From NCBI GenBank assembly GCA_036489235.1, contig DASXGC010000334.1:1850-65849 (forward strand): a stretch of 64,000 bases of DNA. The letters are read 5' to 3'. Below are positions 27,024-33,512 of the stretch, in pieces. A model generated the notes under the pieces. The model was given only the letters and a program-made list of their open reading frames with translations, had not been told where the DNA came from and did no database searches. The position numbers and the translations under genes were made by a program. Each line of letters starts with the position of its first letter. Positions within the stretch are counted from its first letter, which is position 1. Source of the stretch: Vicinamibacterales bacterium. GTDB taxonomy: Bacteria > Acidobacteriota > Vicinamibacteria > Vicinamibacterales > CAVVIG01.

Positions 27024-27517
27024 CTCCGCTCAGGAAGATTCTCGTTGCGACGGACTTCAGCGAACCGTCGGAAGCGGCGCTGGCTTACGGCCGCGAGCTC
27101 GCGCGCACGTTCGGCGCCAAGCTGACGCTGCTGCACATCGTCGATGACGTCACCGCGCACACATTCGCCACCGACGGTGCCATGCTGATCGATGCCGAGG
27201 CACAGAGTGTGGCGGACGCTGCCGCTCACCGGCGACTGGAATCGTCGCTCTCCGAGGACGATCGCCGCGAACTCCAGGCGACGACAGCCCTGGTCATGTC
27301 GATGAAACCAGCGACCGCCATCGTGTCGTACGCGCAGGAGTCAGGCGTCGACTTGATTGTGATGGGCACGCACGGTCGTGGCGGCGTCGCGCACTTCCTG
27401 ATGGGCAGCGTCGCCGAGCAGGTGGTGCGAACGGCGCCCGCACCGGTGTTGACGATCCGCTGCCCCGGGCGTGACCTGCTGCGGCCCGACGCGTTGGTCG
27501 CGGTGGCGAAAGCGTGA
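27020..27517 (+). CDS. Universal stress protein
   Basis: KILVATDFSEPSEAALAYGRELA..LLHIV; DLIVMGTHGRGGVAHFLMGSVAEQVVRTAPAPVLTI. ATGA overlap with the preceding USP gene. Confidence 0.9.
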   Translation: MTPLRKILVATDFSEPSEAALAYGRELARTFGAKLTLLHIVDDVTAHTFATDGAMLIDAEAQSVADAAAHRRLESSLSEDDRRELQATTALVMSMKPATAIVSYAQESGVDLIVMGTHGRGGVAHFLMGSVAEQVVRTAPAPVLTIRCPGRDLLRPDALVAVAKA

Positions 27518-27518
27518 T

Positions 27519-27699
27519 GTGATCGAAACCAGCCTGCCGCTGCCCGCAGGCGACGAAGTGCCGGATCACGTGGTGCTCCGTGACGGCTCCGTCGCCCGGC
27601 TGCGTTTTGCGCGCGAGCGTGTCGGATGATCCGTCGTTCAATTCACTTGTCGTGTTCGGACTCGACGGCATTTTCGTCGAGGTGCTGGCGGACGATTAA
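27519..27699 (+). pseudogene. Short remnants resembling a GNAT / NDP-forming acyl-CoA synthetase (Pat-like) gene
   Basis: Frame 1: VIETSLPLPAGDEVPDHVVLRDGSVARLRFARERVG* (GNAT-start-like LRDGS..LR). Frame 2: ..SLVVFGLDGIFVEVLADD* (matches the FGLGGIFVEVL.D motif of the ATP-grasp_5 domain). Each is far too short to be functional. Confidence 0.35.
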
Positions 27700-27914
27700 G
27701 CTCGAATTGCGCCGCTGGGGCGGCGATACATCCCGTCCGCCGAGTGCTGCAGAAGGCCTTCGGCTTCCAGCTGGTTCAGGACGCGGACGGCGGCTGCCCG
27801 ATCAACGTCGAGCAGCCGCGCAACCTGCTGAAGCGTCAGCGTAAGCCCCGGCAGCGAAACGAACTCTTCCCGCAGACTTTCGCAGGCGCCATCGACATAG
27901 AGTGTGGTGTTCAC
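27696..27914 (-). CDS. Small winged-helix-like DNA-binding protein (72 aa)
   Basis: GTG start. ..LPGLTLTLQQVARLLDVDRAAAVRVLNQLEAEGLLQHSADGMYRR. The longer track ORF (to 28076) has an implausible Ser/Cys/Arg-rich N-terminus. Confidence 0.45.
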   Translation of the reverse strand: MNTTLYVDGACESLREEFVSLPGLTLTLQQVARLLDVDRAAAVRVLNQLEAEGLLQHSADGMYRRPSGAIRA

Positions 27915-27921
27915 AGTGCCC

Positions 27922-28065
27922 TCACCAATCCCCACGCGCCAACCATGGTACGCCGTGGACTTCCGGACCGCCGGCGAACTGATACACGCGATCGGCCGAT
28001 GCCAACAGCCCCGAACCGAGCCCGACGACGAGCAGCGCGACGCTGACGAACGTTCGGGTGCGCAT
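27922..28065 (-). CDS. Small signal-peptide-bearing peptide (47 aa)
   Basis: GGAGGA sits just upstream of the ATG. MRTRTFVSVALLVVGLGSGLLASA | DRVYQFAGGPEVHGVPWLARGDW. Third-position GC is higher than in the overlapping frame. Confidence 0.4.
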   Translation of the reverse strand: MRTRTFVSVALLVVGLGSGLLASADRVYQFAGGPEVHGVPWLARGDW

Positions 28066-28109
28066 ATCTCCTCCATCCGATCGACTTGATACCGTTCCCG
28101 CCTCGCCGC

Positions 28110-28571
28110 TCACATCTCCGTGCCGCGCGGCAGCACCGGATGCATTACGCCGCAACCGTCGACGCCTTCAACGGCTGGCGTCCACGCCGGCTTGCCGTCG
28201 CTGGTGCGCAGCGTCAGGGTCCTGCCGTCCTTGGTGATGGTGCGCACGATGAACGACTTGTTGCCGTCGATGAACGCCTTCACGCCGACCATCGTGACCT
28301 CGTCTCCGGCGTTGAACCAGAAGTTCTGGTCGCCGATGTACTTTGCGGGGCCGAGATGCACGTTCACCATGCTCGACGTAGTCGAGAAATCAAGGTGCAC
28401 ACCGACATTGCTGTCCGCGGCCGGCATGGCGACGAGCGTGACGATCTTGCCCGAGACGGTCTCTTCTGCCGACCGGTCGTAGTCGAAGCCGCCGACCTGC
28501 GCGAACATCACCGCCGAAAGACCGAGCCACAGACTGCAACCAATCGCCGGGGCCACGTAGTCACGAGTCAT
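28110..28571 (-). CDS. Exported protein of unknown function (beta-rich, OB-fold-like pattern)
   Basis: AAGGAGG sits 5 nt before ATG 28571. Signal/TM segment (APAIGCSLWLGLSAVMFAQV), then VSGKIVTLV..VGVHLDF..VNVHLGPAKYIGDQNFWFNAGDEVTMVG...TLTLRTSDGKPAW. Confidence 0.65.
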   Translation of the reverse strand: MTRDYVAPAIGCSLWLGLSAVMFAQVGGFDYDRSAEETVSGKIVTLVAMPAADSNVGVHLDFSTTSSMVNVHLGPAKYIGDQNFWFNAGDEVTMVGVKAFIDGNKSFIVRTITKDGRTLTLRTSDGKPAWTPAVEGVDGCGVMHPVLPRGTEM

Positions 28572-28583
28572 GCCGTCCTCCTT

Positions 28584-28604
28584 GTGACTGCTGTTGGCAG
28601 TCAC
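28584..28604 (-). other. Perfect 8-bp inverted repeat at the predicted transcription start / 5' UTR
   Basis: GTGACTGC-TGTTG-GCAGTCAC, between the -12 element (28609-10) and the Shine-Dalgarno of the 28571 gene. Confidence 0.5.
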
Positions 28605-28607
28605 AGG

Positions 28608-28623
28608 GGCAAAGGCAATGCCG
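28608..28623 (-). promoter_or_regulatory. -24/-12 (sigma-54-type) promoter-like site for the 28571-27696 operon
   Basis: On the minus strand it reads CGGCATT-GCCT-TTGCC (GG-N10-GC). Confidence 0.5.
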
Positions 28624-28703
28624 AGTCGATCGAGGCGTTTTGCTGATGTTTCTGAAGAAATCGGCGAGATAGGCGACCGCGCGGTCCGAGTTTTTCGGCA
28701 GGG

Positions 28704-28721
28704 GCGCGAAATTTTCCGGGG
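28704..28721. promoter_or_regulatory. CGCG-N8 AT-core motif, candidate UAS shared by a divergent -24/-12 pair
   Basis: GCGCG-AAATTTTC-CGGGG. Its centre is about 90 bp from the minus-strand -24 (28622) and about 100 bp from the plus-strand -24 (28812). Confidence 0.4.
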
Positions 28722-28810
28722 CCCGGACGGTTACCAGAAATACGTCAAAGGTGGCCGATCGCGGTGTTCGCCCTGTATGGGCCGTCGAACTATCCAGGCA
28801 TCATCAGGGA

Positions 28811-28826
28811 CGGCTCAACTCTTGCT
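28811..28826 (+). promoter_or_regulatory. -24/-12 promoter-like site for the DHOD-like gene
   Basis: CGGCTCA-ACTC-TTGCT (GG-N10-GC, TTGCT), 25 nt before ATG 28851. Confidence 0.45.
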
Positions 28827-28850
28827 CTTCGAGTCATCAGGAACAACCTG

Positions 28851-29900
28851 ATGCCTGACCTGTCGACAACTTACCTTGGTCTTCAATTGGCCAACCCGTT
28901 CATGGTTGGCGCATCGCCATTGGCGGATCGTCTCGATTCGATCAAGCGACTGGAGGATGCCGGCTGCGCCGCCATCGTCTTGCACTCGCTGTTCGAAGAA
29001 CAGGTGACGCAGTCGGCGTCCGGAAGAATCCGCGAGATGGATCCGCTGGACGCGAAATTCGCCGGAATCGTCTCCTATTTCCCCGAGTCGAACGCGTACA
29101 GCATGAGCCCGGACGCATATCTCGAACACCTGCATCGCGCCAAGAGCGCGGTGCAGATACCCATCATCGGGTCCATCAATGGGACGACACCGGCCGAATG
29201 GTTGTCCGTCGCGCTGCGGATGGAACAGGCGGGAGCCGATGCAATCGAACTCAATACCTACCAAGTCGCGACTGATGCGGATCAGTCCGCCTCGTCACTC
29301 GAGAATGACTTGCGTCAGATGGTGCTCGATCTCAAGCACGAGCTGAAGATTCCGCTGGCGGTCAAGCTGTCGCCGTTTTACACGGCGTTTGCGCATGTGG
29401 CCCGTCAACTGGAGCACGCCGGCGCCGATGGCCTGGTCATCTTCAATCGCTTTCTGCAGCCGGATATCGATGTCCGGCACATGGCGGTCTGGCCGCGTCT
29501 CGAGCTCTCGGATAGTTCAGAGCTGTTGTTGCGGCTACGCTGGCTGGCGATCCTGCATGGTCACGTACGCTGCTCGCTCGCGGTCACCGGCGGCGTCGCG
29601 ACGCCAATCGATGGCATCAAGGCGATTCTGGCGGGTGCGCACGTAGTGCAAATGGTGTCCGCGATCATGCGACATGGCCCGGCACATTTCCGTTCGATGC
29701 GTGAGGAGCTCGCACATTGGATGGAGGGAGCGAACTTCGCGCGACTCGATGACGTCCGCGGACGACTGAGCCTTCTCACTTCCGAGGATCCGGCCGCATT
29801 CGAGCGCGCGCAATACATCCACACGGTCAGCAACTGGAGCTCCTGGCTTGGCTACCAGGCCCACCTCAAGGCACACAAGGACGATGCGCTTCGCTCCTAG
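28851..29900 (+). CDS. Dihydroorotate dehydrogenase-like protein (class 1 DHOD/DHPD TIM-barrel family)
   Basis: MPDLSTTYLGLQLANPFMVGASPL..; the FMN-barrel pattern runs to ..VTGGVATPIDGIKAILAGAHVVQMVSA. The track ORF's upstream extension (28764) is not family-like. Confidence 0.8.
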   Translation: MPDLSTTYLGLQLANPFMVGASPLADRLDSIKRLEDAGCAAIVLHSLFEEQVTQSASGRIREMDPLDAKFAGIVSYFPESNAYSMSPDAYLEHLHRAKSAVQIPIIGSINGTTPAEWLSVALRMEQAGADAIELNTYQVATDADQSASSLENDLRQMVLDLKHELKIPLAVKLSPFYTAFAHVARQLEHAGADGLVIFNRFLQPDIDVRHMAVWPRLELSDSSELLLRLRWLAILHGHVRCSLAVTGGVATPIDGIKAILAGAHVVQMVSAIMRHGPAHFRSMREELAHWMEGANFARLDDVRGRLSLLTSEDPAAFERAQYIHTVSNWSSWLGYQAHLKAHKDDALRS

Positions 29901-30243
29901 CGAGGGTACTTCAGGACTGTCCACCGCGGATCGTTCGTGAGCCGCTCCAGCTCGCAGCTTTCGGTTTCGAGAGCCGGCCAGTCTCTCGTAACGACGCCCT
30001 CGAGAATCTCTGAACGCATGCGTCCGGAGGCCTCCGAACGGCTGCGGAGCAGCCCGCGACCAACCTCGTCCAGGGTTCGCCGTGTCCGGTGCTCAGCGTG
30101 TAGGCGGTCAGGCACTTCGAAGAAGAATAAGTCCGTTACGAGGCTTTATCTTCGACGTGGATCGAACGGGAATACACTGCGAGCGAGGCCGTGGAAGATG
30201 AAAGCGATTGTTGTCCACCGACGCCTATCGAAAGGAGTCATCA

Positions 30244-30696
30244 GTGAGCACCGTACAAACCGAGCAGAAGAGCTATGAGATGCCGCCGCGCGACGGGTTC
30301 ACCGTCACACATTTTCTCACCGTCGCCGACATCGACCGATCGGCCCGCTTCTATGAAACAGTGTTCGGCGGTCGCATTGTGAGCAGGGGCGACAGCAAAG
30401 GCGCGCCTGGGTACATTCAAATCGCGAACACGTGGCTTCTTGTCAACGTCGGGGGCGGGCCGACCCCTGACAAGCCGTCGGTCACGCTCAGCGTCCTCGC
30501 CGACCCGGACAAGATCAGCAGCTTCATGAACATCCGCGTCGCGGATATTCAAGCCTGCTACAAATTATGGAAAAGTCGAGGAGCCGAGTTCCTCACCGAG
30601 CCGATCCCGAAGTATGGCGAGACGCGCTGCTACATCCGCGATCCTGATGGTTACATTATCGAGGTCGGACAAAGCACCGAACTCAAATACGGCTAG
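30244..30696 (+). CDS. VOC (glyoxalase/bleomycin-resistance/dioxygenase) family protein
   Basis: AAGGAG sits 7 nt before GTG 30244. FTVTHFLTVADIDRSARFYETVFGG..CYIRDPDGYIIEVGQ. Confidence 0.8.
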   Translation: MSTVQTEQKSYEMPPRDGFTVTHFLTVADIDRSARFYETVFGGRIVSRGDSKGAPGYIQIANTWLLVNVGGGPTPDKPSVTLSVLADPDKISSFMNIRVADIQACYKLWKSRGAEFLTEPIPKYGETRCYIRDPDGYIIEVGQSTELKYG

Positions 30697-30746
30697 CGCT
30701 CGGTCCAATCGTGCATCGCTACGAATGTGCGGTCAGCGGTGGAGTC

Positions 30747-31196
30747 TTACCCCTGGAGTCCGTCCCATGACCAGCGTGGGATGCTGAGGCCGCTGGGCAC
30801 ATCATCAGCGGACCGGTGGTAGCGGGACATCGTGGTCGTAGTGGTCCAGGCGAAGTAATCGTGCAGCACTTGTCGCAGAGCACCGTCGTCGGCGAGGCCG
30901 ACATCGGCCAGGGCCTGGTCGAAGCAGGCAATCGCACGGCGATCCATTTCGCCCTGCTCGCCGTTTCCACTGTGCATCCTGACGACGGTGGTCTCGTCAC
31001 CAAAGGAGTCGGAATAGGTGCTCGGGCCACCGAGCGCCTCGGCCCAGTAAGCAGCGAGTCGTTCAACATGCTGGGGGTGGAAGCCGTGGCTGAATGCATG
31101 GCCGACCACCTCGTCGGCCACGGCCCGCCGATGCCAGGCGCTGGCAAGACGACGCAGGCCGTCGTTGCCACCCGCCGCGTCGAAGACAGTTCGCAT
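30747..31196 (-). CDS. Group II truncated haemoglobin (GlbO-like globin)
   Basis: MRTVFDAAGGNDGLRRLASAWH..HAF...HVERLAAYWAEALGGPSTYS...RMHSGNG.., matching the trHbO pattern. The N-terminal part of the track ORF (to 31343) is rejected. Confidence 0.8.
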   Translation of the reverse strand: MRTVFDAAGGNDGLRRLASAWHRRAVADEVVGHAFSHGFHPQHVERLAAYWAEALGGPSTYSDSFGDETTVVRMHSGNGEQGEMDRRAIACFDQALADVGLADDGALRQVLHDYFAWTTTTTMSRYHRSADDVPSGLSIPRWSWDGLQG

Positions 31197-31261
31197 GCCT
31201 CCATGATGACCATCGTTCCGTGTCCAGGCAAGACGATCGTTGCGGCGTTCAGCGAGAGGAG

Positions 31262-32662
31262 TCAGCTCTTGGGTCTGCGCACAAACTGCCCCTGGAGTGG
31301 CACCCCGCGATCGACTTTGACCCAGTTGTGCTCCTTCGTCCAATCAAGACCGGCCGGACACATCTCGTAGTTGCTGAAGGCAACGGGAAACGTCACGCCG
31401 GTCACCAGATCGCTGAGAAACGCGTTCGGGTTCGCGCTTTGACTCGCGATGTGCAGATGACAGTTGTTCGCGCATCGACTTCCGACTCTGGCGATGAGAT
31501 CGCCCTCGCTCACAGGAATGCCGGCGCTCCACTTGGGCGGAGGGGGCGGCGGCAGGTGTGGATGCATCTCTTTGATCGATCCGATCAGGGTGTGCATGTA
31601 GGTGACGATCTCGTCTTTGGCGAGCTCGATGTGAAACCAGTCGTGTCCGTCGATCGACTCGGTGCACCCAGCGGGCGGCGTGCCTCCGCCCTGATCCCAG
31701 TAGTCGAACACGTGGCCGCCGCCCACCGCGTGCAGGCGCTCGCCGCACGCCTGGCCATTGGGATCAGGGGGCTTGCCCGGCGTTGGTGCGCTGGCCAGCG
31801 TGTAGTCCCACGCAAAGTTCGCGTCCGCCCCGTTGTGCGAGCTCGTCGGGTCGCCGTTACCCTGGACGACACGCCAGACGTCGCCCTTGTCGAAGGGTAG
31901 AATCCACGCCACTTTCTGGAACGGCAGGATGCCCTGGAGTATTTTCGCGTCGAATGCATCGTCCCGCGACTCGCTGACGATCCCGAGACTCGCGCGTTTT
32001 CCGTCGGGGTTGCTGTTGAACGTGTAGGGCCGGCTGAAATGCGGTGGAAGCGGATCGCCGGACGGCAACGTGTGATCGAAGATCCACGCAGCGACGAGGT
32101 GATCCTGGTTCCCATGCAGCCGATGATCAGGCTCGTTGATGATCGCCTTGATCTCCTGCTTAGTCAGCGCCCGGTCGAACACCGCGACGTCGTCAACGTA
32201 GCCGTAGAACTGGGTCTCGCGATCGTTGATGGTAAAGCCGTCGACGGTGCGGCCCATGCGCAGCGTGGCGTTGGCGTCGGGAAGGTTCGTGGATGGAAGC
32301 GTGATCGTGGGTGACTGTGGCGCGCCGTCGAGGAACAGCGTGAACGTGTGGCCTGATCTGACCAGCGCGACATGGATCCAGTGTCCGTCGTCGGCCGACG
32401 GATAGTCCTGCTGCTGCCCGCCAATCGCAACCAAGAACTTCGATCCGACTGGTGCGCCGGAGAAATCTCCGCGAAATTCGCCCTGGCCCACGAAGTAGTT
32501 CCCCGTCTTCGCGGCGACGACCGGCCCGGGGCCGGCATTCGGGTACTGCCGCATGCAGCGGAACATCACAGTGTGATCGCCGAAGAAGAACTCGGAGAAC
32601 TTGAGATCGGTGTCGAGTGAGCCGCGCCAGCCGAACCAGGCGGCAAGATTGATTGTGCTCAT
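31262..32662 (-). CDS. LamG (concanavalin-A-like) domain fused to an M23-type metallopeptidase domain; no signal peptide
   Basis: LamG_3 pattern: WIHVALVRSGHTFTLFLDG...LRMGR...FYGYVDDVAVFDRALTKQEI. M23 motifs: HNGAD (HxxxD), WFHIELAKDEIVTYMHTL, GDLIARVGSRCANNCHLHIA (HxH). GGGAGG sits 6 nt before the ATG. Confidence 0.75.
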   Translation of the reverse strand: MSTINLAAWFGWRGSLDTDLKFSEFFFGDHTVMFRCMRQYPNAGPGPVVAAKTGNYFVGQGEFRGDFSGAPVGSKFLVAIGGQQQDYPSADDGHWIHVALVRSGHTFTLFLDGAPQSPTITLPSTNLPDANATLRMGRTVDGFTINDRETQFYGYVDDVAVFDRALTKQEIKAIINEPDHRLHGNQDHLVAAWIFDHTLPSGDPLPPHFSRPYTFNSNPDGKRASLGIVSESRDDAFDAKILQGILPFQKVAWILPFDKGDVWRVVQGNGDPTSSHNGADANFAWDYTLASAPTPGKPPDPNGQACGERLHAVGGGHVFDYWDQGGGTPPAGCTESIDGHDWFHIELAKDEIVTYMHTLIGSIKEMHPHLPPPPPPKWSAGIPVSEGDLIARVGSRCANNCHLHIASQSANPNAFLSDLVTGVTFPVAFSNYEMCPAGLDWTKEHNWVKVDRGVPLQGQFVRRPKS

Positions 32663-32760
32663 CGGAGACCTCCCGGTCTTGGAAAAAAAACGCCGTCAAT
32701 GGCTGATGGCTGATGGCTAGTTTCAGCGCGGCAATTGCGCCAGCCGGACGCGCCGCGACC

Positions 32761-33123
32761 TTAGATGTCGGCCTGCCACCAGAGCACGACGTCGGCGACG
32801 CCGACGTAGCGAAAATCGCCAGTGTCACTATCGATCGTCAATCGATTAGTGCCCGGTACTGCCAGGCCCTTGGGGACGACCTCCTGAATGTAGCGACGGT
32901 CCAGTTCGCCGGTGGCTGGAACCGTCCAGTGCCACACGGAGACCGAGTTCAGGCGAATCGTGACCGTCATTTTGGCTGCGTTCCAGTACTGGAACTTGAA
33001 TCCGAGGATCGATCTGGAGTCTTTGTTGATGTTCTTCGGGATCGTGACTTCGATCGGGTTGGGGCTGAACCCTTCGGTCCACCAATTGTCGGCAAGAATG
33101 CTGTAGTCCGCTACACGCGACAT
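32761..33123 (-). CDS. Hypothetical 120-aa protein (beta-rich, Trp-rich), upstream partner of the LamG-M23 gene
   Basis: GGAGG sits 8 nt before ATG 33123. MSRVADYSILADNWWTEGF..FKFQYWNAAKMTVTIRLNSVSVWHWTVP..VADVVLWWQADI. I recognise no family. Confidence 0.6.
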   Translation of the reverse strand: MSRVADYSILADNWWTEGFSPNPIEVTIPKNINKDSRSILGFKFQYWNAAKMTVTIRLNSVSVWHWTVPATGELDRRYIQEVVPKGLAVPGTNRLTIDSDTGDFRYVGVADVVLWWQADI

Positions 33124-33512
33124 GACTGGTACCTCCATGACGGACGACACGCAAAAGCTCATCCGTTCCTGCGTGTGTTTCCATGCTCTTGCCAAGACAA
33201 GCGGAATCGCCGCCGATTTCTTGCGCGGCTTCGATTGCGGGCCTCGACGAATGGCTGAGGACGCCGCTCACCTGATCCTCATGAATCCGGGCCCAGCTTC
33301 GACGACGGCTCGACTAGAATCGGTTCTATCGGGCTGGCGACGACTTGATCAGCGTGCAGGTGAAGACGACGCCGACGCTCGTCGTCGGGGAACGGCGCAA
33401 GCTACTTGATTCTCCTGATTCGCACGGAGCCCGCGTCGCGGCCGTTACGGCTGAACGTCATAGTCAACTGGGTCGCCGATCTGAAGGCGCATGTGCGGAC
33501 GAAATAGCAGCG

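Noticed and set aside
29897-30115. 72-aa minus-strand ORF (MPDRLHAEHRTRR..ILEGVVTRDWPALETESCELERL..), convergent with and overlapping the DHOD-like stop.
   Set aside because: No Shine-Dalgarno sequence and no recognisable family. Third-position GC is only moderate. It could be real, but I cannot support it.
32683-32719. A8 run followed by a TGGCTGA TGGCTGA TGGCTA micro-repeat between the 120-aa ORF and the LamG-M23 gene.
   Set aside because: Too short to call a repeat element or a terminator, since no GC-rich stem precedes the T-run on the coding strand. It is noted as compositional oddity under the LamG-M23 finding.
33122-33409. 95-aa plus-strand ORF and other short ORFs in the 389-nt gap upstream of the 120-aa gene.
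   Set aside because: Low third-position GC, no Shine-Dalgarno sequence and no family resemblance. The region is treated as non-coding.
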